IMG/VR virus record: IMGVR_UViG_3300042549_010246
Span: 1 to 64,000 of that record
DNA length: 64,000 nucleotides
Strand: one strand, 5' to 3'
Origin: a virus
Made by a program: the position numbers and the translations under genes. The notes under the pieces are model-generated. The model was not told the origin of the DNA. It ran no database searches and worked only from the letters and a program-made list of their open reading frames with translations. Positions 1 to 9,551 of the stretch are shown in pieces. The number at the start of each line of letters is the position of its first letter. Position 1 is the stretch's first letter.

Positions 1-371
1 GTAGCACGTGTGCGACAATGTGAGCCCCTCGAAGCAAACGAGGGAGAGGCGCGCTCAAGGGGGGTAGTTTTTGAAAAAAGGGGGGTATAAATATTAAGTC
101 TTAATAATAAAGGAAGAAAAAAAAATAGAAAGGAATAAATAAAAAAAAGGAATAGGAATGAATATAAGAGGATATAAAGGATTGGGGTATGGTTGGATAA
201 CAGGAAGGAACCAAAGAGGTCTACAGGGGGAAAGAAATAGGTCTTAATGCCGAGTACCAATCGTTGACCCGTATCAGGAAGGAAAGAACAAAGTCCGCAA
301 CCTATTTGCGTAAAAAAGAAAGTCCACTTTTTACAGAAAAGTTGGTACTGTATGGATTGTGTACCGAAGAG

Positions 372-452
372 TGTTACGGTAACAGTAAACGGTAACAGGG
401 TAAAGGAGGCTCTCAGGGAAAGGAAAAGGGGTAAATGGGGTACAAGTACCCC
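372..452. repeat. Palindrome and direct-repeat cluster
   Basis: TGTTAC-G-GTAACA palindrome (372-384); ACGGTAACAG at 376 and 389; GGGGTAC-AA-GTACCCC (437-452). Confidence 0.7.
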
Positions 453-458
453 TTAAAC

Positions 459-481
459 AAAAAAAGAGCCCCTCAGGGCTC
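459..481 (-). terminator. Rho-independent terminator of the leftward glycosylation operon
   Basis: GAGCCC-CTCA-GGGCTC stem with an A7 run on + (U-tract on -), just past the stop at 501. Confidence 0.8.
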
Positions 482-500
482 CATTTTCGTGTTTTTGAGG

Positions 501-1232
501 TTAATCCGTCAGTTCGATGTTGAATTGATTCATAACCGTTTCAAACTTGTAGCGGTGAACAAAATCATAACCACTGAATTCCCTGTCAAACTCATTTTCA
601 ATAAGTTCCTTCCAATTTTTATCACCGTGATGACCCCAAGAGGAAACTTTTTTGAGCATTTGTAATTTGGTTTTGACCCAAGAGAAGTGATGCATAATTA
701 CCAATCCATTATACTCTTCATTTTCGATGCTTGGGATATTGTACAATTTGTAACTCCATCTTTCTAACGGTGTGAAGAACAAATTTTCGGTCAATAAACT
801 ACGATGAGCAAGTAAACCGCAAATTTCATCTCTTTTCGCCCTATAAATAGGTTCTCTGAAATACCAATGACACTTGAAATTTATCAAGGAATTGTATTTT
901 AAATCGGCCTCTTGCAAATAATTGTACATCAAATTGCCGTCAGGTATTTCATCCGCATCTAAAAACAATACGAACTCGCTGTGACTCAATTCAAGACCTT
1001 TATATCGCGCATAATTGTGATGATACTTGATATCATTGTTGGGTAAATAATCAAAAATATGATGCGTTACTCCCAAATGGCTCAAATCTTCAAGTTGATT
1101 GTCTATTTGACCGTTAAAATAATGAGAGCAAGAAATAATCACTATTTCATCAGAAAATATTTGACATTGCTCAATAAGAGGCTTAATAAAGCACTTATCG
1201 TTACTGCAATATGAAATAACTACACTAATCAT
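501..1232 (-). CDS. GT2-family glycosyltransferase
   Basis: ISVVIS start and FVLFLDADE DxD motif; ATG at 1232 preferred. Confidence 0.8.
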   Translation of the reverse strand: MISVVISYCSNDKCFIKPLIEQCQIFSDEIVIISCSHYFNGQIDNQLEDLSHLGVTHHIFDYLPNNDIKYHHNYARYKGLELSHSEFVLFLDADEIPDGNLMYNYLQEADLKYNSLINFKCHWYFREPIYRAKRDEICGLLAHRSLLTENLFFTPLERWSYKLYNIPSIENEEYNGLVIMHHFSWVKTKLQMLKKVSSWGHHGDKNWKELIENEFDREFSGYDFVHRYKFETVMNQFNIELTD

Positions 1233-1237
1233 ATATT

Positions 1238-1936
1238 CTAACCCAACCCCCTTGCAAACAAGCAAATGTTTTCATTTGATGGTAATTGATTATCGTGATT
1301 AACAAAGTCCAAATAATGATTACCAATTAAAATATTCATATCAATCTGATTATAAATTATCGACGCGCAGGATTGGTCGTGTCGATGACCATTACATCTG
1401 ACATCTTGACTTTCTGTTTGATTTATATTGCTGACTTTGCCATTAAAAATACCGTTTAGCATAGATTCTTTCCAAGCGTCATAAAAAAAATTGCTTTTTT
1501 GATGTGTAAAATCCAAAGCAAAGAACTTGGTATCCAACATAGTCATATTCATTGTTTCGTCGCGTGTTAAATTGAAATAATTCAAAGCCCTGTCATTAGT
1601 CCAATTTCCAACTTTGAATCCTGAATCCATAAAAACATATCCATATTTATCAAGGGCTTCAAATATTGGTCCCAAGTCCCTTACCACAAAAACAGAGCAA
1701 TCTAACCATATAATTTGATTATATCCCATCGATAATAAATGTTCAAAACAATAAACTTTAAATGCGTGTGAGTTATCTGCGTGCAAGGGTGCATTGACTT
1801 GACTTTCCGACTTGTACACGAAAAAATCTTCTTTACAATGACGCTGAAGGCTATTTTTTAAACGAATTCTACCTTTGGTATAAAATCTACCATCTTTTCT
1901 TTTATCCGTGCCCAATGTGATTACAGCCCTTTTCAT
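1238..1936 (-). CDS. GT-A fold nucleotide-sugar transferase-like protein
   Basis: IIWLDCS and GHRHDQS motifs; operon context. Confidence 0.6.
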   Translation of the reverse strand: MKRAVITLGTDKRKDGRFYTKGRIRLKNSLQRHCKEDFFVYKSESQVNAPLHADNSHAFKVYCFEHLLSMGYNQIIWLDCSVFVVRDLGPIFEALDKYGYVFMDSGFKVGNWTNDRALNYFNLTRDETMNMTMLDTKFFALDFTHQKSNFFYDAWKESMLNGIFNGKVSNINQTESQDVRCNGHRHDQSCASIIYNQIDMNILIGNHYLDFVNHDNQLPSNENICLFARGLG

Positions 1937-2574
1937 AATATTTTTTTTTTTACATAAATGACATTTTCAGGATTTTTCAAGAACATAGCCATCCCGTATT
2001 TAATACATTCTGTATTTATTTGTTCTAAAAGTTCAAAATCGCTATTCCATTCAATACACAAGCATTCGCACCCCAATTGGTTTAAATCCATTTGACGAAG
2101 AAGATTTAAGTCAAAACCTTCGCAGTCAATACTGATAAAATCATATTTCAGGTGATTTTGACTACGAAAGTCAAACCAAGTTATAAAATCGGCTTCGACC
2201 TCAATAAAAGGCACATCCTGTTTCCATTTTTCAATTTCTTCTTTGTCCAATGATGAATATAATGCCACATCTTTACCATCCCTGTAAGCACCGCTTTCGT
2301 AAAAAGTTTGAGTTCCATTAAACATTGCAAATCCAAAATTGTGTAAACTAATATTCGGTTTATTTGAATGTAATTTTTCAAGAAGAGTAAAGGCCCTCTT
2401 GCTTGGTTCGATAAGGGTACATTTCCATCCATTTTCAGCAAATAAAAGACTATTAGAGAATGTTTTGCCATCATTTGCTCCAATTTCTATCATTGTTCCA
2501 ATACCTAATTTTTCAGGGTATTGGTTTTTGAAATAATTAAAAATTATTTCATCTTCATTATTTTGTGAGTACAT
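1933..2574 (-). CDS. FkbM-family methyltransferase
   Basis: YSQNNED, IEIGANDG, LIEP and FISIDCEG motifs. Confidence 0.9.
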   Translation of the reverse strand: MYSQNNEDEIIFNYFKNQYPEKLGIGTMIEIGANDGKTFSNSLLFAENGWKCTLIEPSKRAFTLLEKLHSNKPNISLHNFGFAMFNGTQTFYESGAYRDGKDVALYSSLDKEEIEKWKQDVPFIEVEADFITWFDFRSQNHLKYDFISIDCEGFDLNLLRQMDLNQLGCECLCIEWNSDFELLEQINTECIKYGMAMFLKNPENVIYVKKKIL

Positions 2575-2580
2575 ATTTAA

Positions 2581-3144
2581 TTATTTATGTGAAACGTATT
2601 TATAGTGATACAAGCAACCTTTAATCCTTGCTTCATTTTTACAAAAAGGCAATACTCTTTTACTGTATTCCCTGTCTTCTCCGTATGTGATATCAGGGAA
2701 TTTTGCTCTTAAAGCGTGCTCTCTTCTTATTGGGCTAATATGGTTTGGTGTTCTAAAATATTTGTTGTTTTCTTCATACCAATCTTTGCATTCAATACTT
2801 ATCAACCAATCTTTTTGTTTCTCACCATCTGTGGTTATAATACCTTCAATGCCAATACAATCAACATATGGATGCTTCAGTATTGTGAAAAAAATCTTCT
2901 CCACGTAGTCATCAGAAACATCATCATCATCATCCACAAAAACAATGAATTTGCCGCGAGACATTTCTAAAAGAGCATTCCTCTTAGCCCCTGTCGTTAG
3001 GACATTGTTATTATGGGAACAAATTTCCACTTCGTTACAAAATACTCCCAAATCAAAACATTGATTATTCAATTTAGCCTTAATAGAATCAAACATTTCT
3101 TTCCTGTCGGGCATCGTACAAATCAGTATGCTCAAAGTTATCAT
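2581..3144 (-). CDS. GT2-family glycosyltransferase
   Basis: LSILICT, GAKRN, FIVFVDDDD and GED motifs. Confidence 0.85.
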   Translation of the reverse strand: MITLSILICTMPDRKEMFDSIKAKLNNQCFDLGVFCNEVEICSHNNNVLTTGAKRNALLEMSRGKFIVFVDDDDDVSDDYVEKIFFTILKHPYVDCIGIEGIITTDGEKQKDWLISIECKDWYEENNKYFRTPNHISPIRREHALRAKFPDITYGEDREYSKRVLPFCKNEARIKGCLYHYKYVSHK

Positions 3145-3851
3145 AAGAATTTTTCCCTTTTAAACCTGAATACAACTTCTTCTTCATTGATGTAGAAATC
3201 TGCATCATACCTATCCAAGAACAAAGATTTACCTTGGTCCCAAGTTGAATCATTCTTTACAGCAATTTCATCTTTTTCCATAAGTCCTATGGTATGGTGA
3301 TTGTGTTTAAAAACCTTATTAGTAAAATGCTGTAAGTCAATTATTTTGCCCAACATTTTTGCAACTACCGTCATTTCAGTATCACACCATAAGTGCTTAT
3401 ACTCAGGATAGTAAATGTATCCGAAACGGTTGTAATACTCTCTATCTAAAATCGGCAAAGTGATAAGCCAATTGTTACCCAAATAACCGTCATTGGTTTT
3501 CACGATAAAATCGTGTTTCCCGTTAAGGTTCTCGTGCAAAAACTGATTCCAACCAAAGAACGCATCGAAATCATCGCTGACAACTACAAAAAGGTCTCCT
3601 TTTGCATTTTTGGCGGCTACGTTAACTGCATCAATTGCACTTCTGTTGGTATTGTATTGAAATCTAACATCTTTGGCATTCCTGAATTCCCAATTGTACT
3701 GTTGCAAAGTAGGGTCATCATTGTCTACGGACAAGATATATTCAACCTCAGGAGGATTCACAGCGTTTGTCATCCACTTCTTGTAAGTCTCAAACGCCAT
3801 TAATGGTCTTTGACGACTTGGGTGAATAATCGATATTGGTTTATTTTTCAT
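3141..3851 (-). CDS. GT2-family glycosyltransferase
   Basis: ISIIHPSR, VDNDD, VVSDD and WCDTE motifs. Confidence 0.75.
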   Translation of the reverse strand: MKNKPISIIHPSRQRPLMAFETYKKWMTNAVNPPEVEYILSVDNDDPTLQQYNWEFRNAKDVRFQYNTNRSAIDAVNVAAKNAKGDLFVVVSDDFDAFFGWNQFLHENLNGKHDFIVKTNDGYLGNNWLITLPILDREYYNRFGYIYYPEYKHLWCDTEMTVVAKMLGKIIDLQHFTNKVFKHNHHTIGLMEKDEIAVKNDSTWDQGKSLFLDRYDADFYINEEEVVFRFKREKFL

Positions 3852-4032
3852 ATGTGTTCAGTAAGATTTGTTCTATCTGTTGGGAATATTCGCGCCTTAC
3901 GGCCTCTTCTTTGTTTGTAAGTGGGATTCCTTTTTTGATTTGAAAAGCAATCATTATTAAATATTTATTATCAATATAACCTGTATTAATAAAAATATTC
4001 CAAGAATATGAATTAATTATTCCCTCAGCCAT
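3841..4032 (-). CDS. Hypothetical protein
   Basis: 63 aa ORF overlapping both neighbours within the operon. Confidence 0.55.
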   Translation of the reverse strand: MAEGIINSYSWNIFINTGYIDNKYLIMIAFQIKKGIPLTNKEEAVRREYSQQIEQILLNTYEK

Positions 4033-4441
4033 ATATAATTAATTGTTTATTTTCAGCGTCATAATGAAACCCATTTCCGCACCCATACATCACTATTTCT
4101 TCTTTTTGGGTCAAAATTCCACTTTCTCCTAAAATTTTTAAAGAATTAACTTGAAAGGTAAAACTCATAAATAATCCGTTAACGGAAATCATTTCTGCCA
4201 ACATATGAGTTGTTTTACATTGTTCGCAGAAAAAAATATTTCCAAAAATAAATGTACAAGACCATTTATTTGCCAAGTCATAAATCACAACTCCATTCTC
4301 TTCAATGACTTCAGACTCTTTGACAACAAAATTTCTCGTTTCAAAAAGCGTCGCAAAATTTTCCAATGTGATGGTAGATTCGGATTCCATAATGGCAAAA
4401 GAAATTATTTTCCCCAATAAGATAACACTCAATTTTTCCAC
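4025..4441 (-). CDS. Hypothetical protein
   Basis: 138 aa, overlapping operon arrangement, CxxC. Confidence 0.6.
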   Translation of the reverse strand: MEKLSVILLGKIISFAIMESESTITLENFATLFETRNFVVKESEVIEENGVVIYDLANKWSCTFIFGNIFFCEQCKTTHMLAEMISVNGLFMSFTFQVNSLKILGESGILTQKEEIVMYGCGNGFHYDAENKQLIIYG

Positions 4442-5247
4442 AAATTGATGGTTCTTAAATGACCATCTCCGTGATATAAAACGAAAGATTTAAAACCAAA
4501 ATTTTGACATTTTTGAATAAAATTTTCTTGAAAAATATCGAATTCAGGGGTGTGAGAATGGAACTCCGCTGCTATACATACTAAACGCTGTAAAGCCGCG
4601 TCAGGCAAGGCCCCAAGTACCATTTCCTCTGCGCCTTCTATGTCAATTTTGAGGAAGTCCACATCGCCCCAAATTTTATCGCAAAAAATCGCGCGTATGT
4701 CAATGAGGGCGCAAGTTTCAGAATGAACCACATTTGCCAAAAACGGGTTAATTTTTGAGATTTGGCCACCACCGTTATGAGTATAATCTGTATGAATTTG
4801 AAAAGTGGTACTTTCAGATTTGTCCGAAACACCCAATTTGAATGTTTCAATAACATCGGGAGCAAACTGCGCATTTAATTCAAGACACCTATATGTGGGT
4901 GTCATTGGTTCAAAACAATATACTTTTTGCGCACCTCGTAAAACAGCGGCCCTCGCAAATGCTCCAATATTTGCTCCTATATCAAGGACTTTCATTCCTG
5001 AATCTATTCGGCAACCGTATCGTAAGTAATCACATCCCGTCGCATCAAATTGGGAATATGAAAAATTCTCGTGATAGAGATAGTTGTAAGAATCAAATTG
5101 TCCACTGTGATATTTTTCAACTGTGAAGTCTTTATCCTCTTCTTTTAAGTTTCTAAGTTGTAAGTGCCCTTCAGGGGTTAATGTTACAAAGTCGCCTTCT
5201 TGTAAGTTCCAAGGAGCAAATTGCTTTAAATATATCTTGTTCTTCAT
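4429..5247 (-). CDS. FkbM-family methyltransferase
   Basis: VLDIGANIG, CFEP and FLKIDIEGAE; ATG at 5247 forms an ATGA overlap. Confidence 0.9.
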   Translation of the reverse strand: MKNKIYLKQFAPWNLQEGDFVTLTPEGHLQLRNLKEEDKDFTVEKYHSGQFDSYNYLYHENFSYSQFDATGCDYLRYGCRIDSGMKVLDIGANIGAFARAAVLRGAQKVYCFEPMTPTYRCLELNAQFAPDVIETFKLGVSDKSESTTFQIHTDYTHNGGGQISKINPFLANVVHSETCALIDIRAIFCDKIWGDVDFLKIDIEGAEEMVLGALPDAALQRLVCIAAEFHSHTPEFDIFQENFIQKCQNFGFKSFVLYHGDGHLRTINLWKN

Positions 5248-6167
5248 ATGTGATAAATCCATCCCTTTTTAAATATTTCTTTCAAAACCTGTTCCGCTGA
5301 TATTTCTGAACTACAGCAAAACTCTTTTTCAGTTCCCTGATGCTTTGGGCACCAATACCAATCACCCCTGTTAAAACTTATGCCATCGGTGGTCCAACAA
5401 TGCCGACAATCCGAATTGCTTTCAATCCTTATGTGATTTTCGTTTGTGGGTCCAAATTCGTTTATGTCTTCTGCCCAAGGTGCAATCATAACAGTTTTTT
5501 TACCCATAGCCTTTGCCACCCAACTTAAACCACTTGATAAACCGATGTAGAATTCGCTGTGAGCGATTATATTCAAAACTTCGTCAAATGGTAAGCCAAC
5601 TTTAATTACAGCGTGTTTGGGAGGCTCGTTCCAATTTGGGTCGACTCCAAAACCAAATTCTTTATCCACCATAACAGGAGTGACATCTATTTTACGCAAC
5701 ATATGACATAACTCGGCCCATCGTAATGAATATCTATTGTCCTTACGGTTTCCTGAATTCCAATATTTTATTTGGGCTGTGGAATGGATACTAAAAGAAA
5801 CGTATTTGTTTTGAATTGGACGATTCATTTCAGGGTACCAAATCTTTGGGTCAATGAAATCCCATTTGAATTCTGATTTAGGACATCCATTACCAAATAG
5901 TTGATAAGCAAAGCCCGCTTGAACGGGCATATCAAACAGGTAATCTAAGTATATGTCGGCATTTATATCATCCACAAAATTTATTGTGGGATAAACGGGC
6001 TGCAGATATTTAATGAGCCAATGAGCACAGGAAAAATTCACAATGTCAAAAGGGCTGAATGCTTGATACTTTTCTACCACTGCTACACAGGCTAAAGTAT
6101 CACCAAGAGCGTGAGTGTTACATTTTATGTTTTGGTATATCATTGGAAATAATGGCAAATTATACAT
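5244..6167 (-). CDS. Aah/TibC-like autotransporter-type O-heptosyltransferase (GT9-like)
   Basis: ALGD, IGLSSGLSW and the CRHCW...WYWCP...C cysteine finger. Confidence 0.75.
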   Translation of the reverse strand: MYNLPLFPMIYQNIKCNTHALGDTLACVAVVEKYQAFSPFDIVNFSCAHWLIKYLQPVYPTINFVDDINADIYLDYLFDMPVQAGFAYQLFGNGCPKSEFKWDFIDPKIWYPEMNRPIQNKYVSFSIHSTAQIKYWNSGNRKDNRYSLRWAELCHMLRKIDVTPVMVDKEFGFGVDPNWNEPPKHAVIKVGLPFDEVLNIIAHSEFYIGLSSGLSWVAKAMGKKTVMIAPWAEDINEFGPTNENHIRIESNSDCRHCWTTDGISFNRGDWYWCPKHQGTEKEFCCSSEISAEQVLKEIFKKGWIYHI

Positions 6168-6186
6168 TTTTGCCTTTTTGATGTTA

Positions 6187-6217
6187 CGAAGATATACACA
6201 ACACTTTAAGTAAACAA
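6187..6217 (-). promoter_or_regulatory. Probable Bacteroidota sigma70 promoter for the glycosylation operon
   Basis: On - strand TTG-N20-TATCTTCG, one mismatch to TAnnTTTG. Confidence 0.45.
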
Positions 6218-6240
6218 AAAACCCCCTGAAAACGGGGGTT
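6216..6240 (-). terminator. Rho-independent terminator
   Basis: AACCCCC-TGAAAAC-GGGGGTT stem with an A-run on +. Confidence 0.7.
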
Positions 6241-6323
6241 AACTAAACATATGTTTACATTTTACCATTTCGCATAAGTATATGCTTATCGATTGACCAT
6301 AACCATTTAAATAGTTTTTTCAT

Positions 6324-6545
6324 TTAATCTCCTTTGAAAATTTCTTTGTTATCATCACCAAAATTACGTGACTCTCGATGTTCATCAAAAGTTCGTTCTT
6401 TGAATTTTTGAATTACTACTCTAATCGCTTCGGTTATTTCTGAGGGTTTTGGTGGGGGAATTCCGTCACCTCGCCTCCAATCATTGTAATAAGCCAAAGT
6501 AATGATGGCTTCTTTCTCGGACATTGGTCGTGGGTTGTTTTTCAT
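6324..6545 (-). CDS. Hypothetical phage protein
   Basis: 73 aa ORF with ATGA overlap to the upstream ORF. Confidence 0.6.
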   Translation of the reverse strand: MKNNPRPMSEKEAIITLAYYNDWRRGDGIPPPKPSEITEAIRVVIQKFKERTFDEHRESRNFGDDNKEIFKGD

Positions 6546-6718
6546 TCTTCATCCCCTCCAAAATTGGTTTTGGCATAATTGACTTCAATCGATTGAATTT
6601 CAGATGATATTTTCTCAATCATTTTAATCAACTCTCCTGTTGAATATTTGATTGCCGTGCCGTTGTCGTTGTCATCAATTTCAATTTCGGTGTCTTTGTG
6701 TTTAATCTTAATTTTCAT
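6542..6718 (-). CDS. Hypothetical protein (58 aa, not in ORF track)
   Basis: MKIKIKHKDTEIEIDDND...GGDEE read manually; stop overlaps the next start. Confidence 0.6.
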   Translation of the reverse strand: MKIKIKHKDTEIEIDDNDNGTAIKYSTGELIKMIEKISSEIQSIEVNYAKTNFGGDEE

Positions 6719-6878
6719 TTAGCAAATCCTTTTTTGACTTTCGACGTTTAATTTTTCTTTCTTCTTGATACTCTTGATTTCTCAATTTTTTGCTTTTTGC
6801 TTTATTTTCAACAGTGTCTTGGGCCCTCAAATAAACCAAAAGGGCCCAATATATATCACCGTTTATGTTCATCAATAA

Positions 6879-7475
6879 TTAATAAATTGCCCCCTGTATT
6901 TTTTGTAATTCCTGTTGGTGCAAATCAATATTGCTATTGACTTCATACAGAACTACAACCAATCCACTACCTTTAATTTCAACGGATACATTTAAATTAG
7001 GGAACGAAGTCATATCGAACCAAAGGCTAATCCAACTTCCTTTTTCATTTTCAATCGCATTAAGTTCATAACCATCTCCTTCATAATATGGGGAACTGAA
7101 ATATTCATATTTCTCCCCTATGACACCATATTTTGTTTGAAGTAATTCAACCATTGTTTCATATTTGGTTTTTGCAGATTGCCAAGAGACTCCTCCATCA
7201 TAAAAAATGCTCACCTTTCTGACCTTTTTTGAAGTTATCGTGTGATACACGGTCAGGGTAACATTGTCATTAGCAAGTTTTCCTTTAAGGGATGTGTAAC
7301 CCTTTTCAGTCTTATCGATGACGAAACCTTTGGCAACGAGCGCATTAACAACATAGTTTTTATGTTGGTTTAATTCAATCCCGTAGAATGTTTGAGATTT
7401 TAATTCTTTCGGGGCGTAAAAGAAAGTGAATGCAATTAGGATGCATTGAACAACTGATAATTTGAGATTTTTCAT
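6879..7475 (-). CDS. Secreted or periplasmic protein with signal peptide
   Basis: Basic-then-hydrophobic N-terminus, followed by SQTFYGIEL. Confidence 0.7.
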   Translation of the reverse strand: MKNLKLSVVQCILIAFTFFYAPKELKSQTFYGIELNQHKNYVVNALVAKGFVIDKTEKGYTSLKGKLANDNVTLTVYHTITSKKVRKVSIFYDGGVSWQSAKTKYETMVELLQTKYGVIGEKYEYFSSPYYEGDGYELNAIENEKGSWISLWFDMTSFPNLNVSVEIKGSGLVVVLYEVNSNIDLHQQELQKIQGAIY

Positions 7476-7478
7476 ATT

Positions 7479-8153
7479 TTATTTTATTTTGATTTGATTG
7501 ACGTATTCAGGCAAAAGTTTGCGGAATGAGTATGACTGAACGAACTCTTTAAACATTTGCTCAAAAAACTCATACTGCTTGATTTTGTGCGAACGGAGAA
7601 GTGCAACAAAGTTTTCACCTAAATCTATAGGGTAATGGAATGCAAAAGATACTGTTTCGCGTTGCGTATTTTTTATACGTTCTGATTGTTTTATGCGGTC
7701 AAGAATCATATTCCTGTAACGCGGGCGGTCAAGTGCAATTAACATCATTGCTCGACACACTTCGGTAAGATTGAAACCTGATTCTTTGAGTTGTCGTGAA
7801 AACATTTTACCAATTGCAGGGTCTATATAAAGTTGAGTTCCCTTTTTGTTAATCCTGACTTTTTTGATGACTGATGGGTCAGGTTGAGATTCTTCCTGTG
7901 TGGATTCCGAAGATTCCTCTAATGTATTTTGACAATTGGCTTCTGCTGTGAGTTGAACATTCAAAATTGAATTGTTTGCCTGAAGTTGCTTAATTTCGGT
8001 CCTGAGCATAATGTTTTCTTCAATCAATTGACGATTGTAAATCATCATTTCCCTAATAATCATAGGGGTTTCAGAATTCAAAGGTTCAGTTTCGTGATGG
8101 TTAATCCCAAATAAGGGGGATTTTCTGATTGGATGTTCCATAGTTTTGTTCAT
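7479..8153 (-). CDS. Putative DNA-binding regulator (coiled coil plus two RHH-like repeats)
   Basis: Coiled coil followed by two similar beta-alpha-alpha segments. Confidence 0.45.
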   Translation of the reverse strand: MNKTMEHPIRKSPLFGINHHETEPLNSETPMIIREMMIYNRQLIEENIMLRTEIKQLQANNSILNVQLTAEANCQNTLEESSESTQEESQPDPSVIKKVRINKKGTQLYIDPAIGKMFSRQLKESGFNLTEVCRAMMLIALDRPRYRNMILDRIKQSERIKNTQRETVSFAFHYPIDLGENFVALLRSHKIKQYEFFEQMFKEFVQSYSFRKLLPEYVNQIKIK

Positions 8154-8410
8154 TGTGTGTTATCTATTTGTGATTTCTATGCAATATTAAATAGGCTAAT
8201 CGATTTGTGCAATGATGTTGATAAAAAATCTAATTGAATATTTGCAAATGGACCAAAATGTTTGTGAATGGTTGAAATGCATTTAGATTTTGATGATTGA
8301 ACATAGAAAAAGTAAACTATTGGTTTTGAAAAATGTATTAGTGTAATGGATGATGTAATGCTATTTGTAATACAATATGTTAATATAATCAGCAAGATAT
8401 GATATTATTA

Positions 8411-8442
8411 TGTAACGATGTATGTAACGGTCTTGGTAACGG
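8411..8442. promoter_or_regulatory. Three GTAACG direct repeats at 12-bp spacing (operator or iteron candidate)
   Basis: GTAACG at 8412, 8424 and 8436 in the divergent intergenic region. Confidence 0.55.
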
Positions 8443-8521
8443 TACAAAAAAGTTTACATTCAAGATAAATGTGCATAAACAAGAATTGTACTTTTGAAAA
8501 ACTTAGCGTAAAATTGCACTT

Positions 8522-8737
8522 ATGGAAAATTCAACCTACGAAGAAATTTACAACATTGTAGAATTTGCAATTGATGATGCTATTGTCGCTTACGATATTG
8601 ACGAAAGACCAATTATGGATAAGGCGAAATTACACGACGTGATAACTGAAATAATTCAGAAACGCGAAAAAGCCCTGAGAAAGAGGTTGAACAAGCAAAT
8701 AAATGAAAGTGTAAAAAATATTTTGGAAAATAATTGA
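8522..8737 (+). CDS. Hypothetical protein
   Basis: 71 aa; TACTTTTG -7-like box at 8489-8496. Confidence 0.65.
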   Translation: MENSTYEEIYNIVEFAIDDAIVAYDIDERPIMDKAKLHDVITEIIQKREKALRKRLNKQINESVKNILENN

Positions 8738-8763
8738 CTTATTTCCTAAAATAATTATTTTTG
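8734..8763 (+). promoter_or_regulatory. Bacteroidota sigma70 promoter
   Basis: Exact TTG-N19-TATTTTTG. Confidence 0.75.
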
Positions 8764-8783
8764 CCCTCACAACGATAACAACA

Positions 8784-8945
8784 ATGAGCATAATTGAGCC
8801 TTTTCCTGAAGGTTTTGACCAACAGGACCATTACGAAAAAATGTTTCACACGGATGACGAAGAGCAATTTTGTCACTGTGACATTAGTGAAGAATCACAG
8901 AATGAAGACGGTATTTGTGGTGTTTGCGGATTTAAATACGAATAA
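8784..8945 (+). CDS. Small acidic Zn-finger protein (53 aa, not in ORF track)
   Basis: MSIIEPFPEG...FCHCD...GICGVCGFKYE, directly after the promoter. Confidence 0.65.
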   Translation: MSIIEPFPEGFDQQDHYEKMFHTDDEEQFCHCDISEESQNEDGICGVCGFKYE

Positions 8946-8963
8946 ATACGAATAAATACATAT

Positions 8964-9323
8964 ATGGAAACAATAACAACACAAACATTTTTACCAATCG
9001 TTGTCGGTCTTCTTTTGTTAATTGGACTGATTCGATTTCTTGCACAAAAGACTCAAAAGGACTATTTGTATGAGCACTATGATTCCGATTACGACCCTGA
9101 AAAAGAATTAGGTATTGGAGCCTTTCAAAAACCGATTGAGCACAAAAACCAAAATTTAATCGTTTTGAAACACTTGGAAAACGGACTTATTGCGGATGAC
9201 AAATTTGCCAAACAACACGGTATAAAAAAGTTGTCTGCTGTTGTGTCAACATTGAAAAAAAGAGGTCATAGTATTGATTACTTGAAAGAAGGAAGCGTTA
9301 AAGGATACGTTTTGAAAAAATAA
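8964..9323 (+). CDS. Membrane-anchored winged-HTH protein
   Basis: N-terminal TM helix; C-terminal VLKHLENG...GIKKLSAVVSTLKKRGHSI...Y.L. Confidence 0.65.
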   Translation: METITTQTFLPIVVGLLLLIGLIRFLAQKTQKDYLYEHYDSDYDPEKELGIGAFQKPIEHKNQNLIVLKHLENGLIADDKFAKQHGIKKLSAVVSTLKKRGHSIDYLKEGSVKGYVLKK

Positions 9324-9326
9324 AAA

Positions 9327-9551
9327 ATGGCAATTACCAAATTAGCAAAATTGCTTATCCTGAAAGGGATGACGCAACAGGAATTATACAACCTTGTTCA
9401 GCAAAAAACGGGCAGGGCAATACAATTGTATCGCATTAGTACAATGGTGAACGGTAAACTTACTGATTACAAGGTGAGCACTGCAAGGACTTTGGCAAAA
9501 GCATTAGAGGTGTCCACAGATGAAATAATTGAGGATAGTTTTGAAAATTAA
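9327..9551 (+). CDS. XRE/Cro-family HTH regulator
   Basis: KGMTQQEL...ISTMVNG...LAKALEVSTDEII. Confidence 0.85.
   Translation: MAITKLAKLLILKGMTQQELYNLVQQKTGRAIQLYRISTMVNGKLTDYKVSTARTLAKALEVSTDEIIEDSFEN

Noticed and set aside
435-665. Short + strand ORFs opposite the leftward operon (and similar antisense ORFs elsewhere)
   Set aside because: They overlap well-supported genes or terminators and have no motifs
8177-8395. 72 aa minus-strand ORF
   Set aside because: AT-rich control region, non-ATG start and no protein-like features
8934-8960. AAATACGAAT tandem repeat
   Set aside because: Only about 2.7 copies spanning a stop codon; likely slippage
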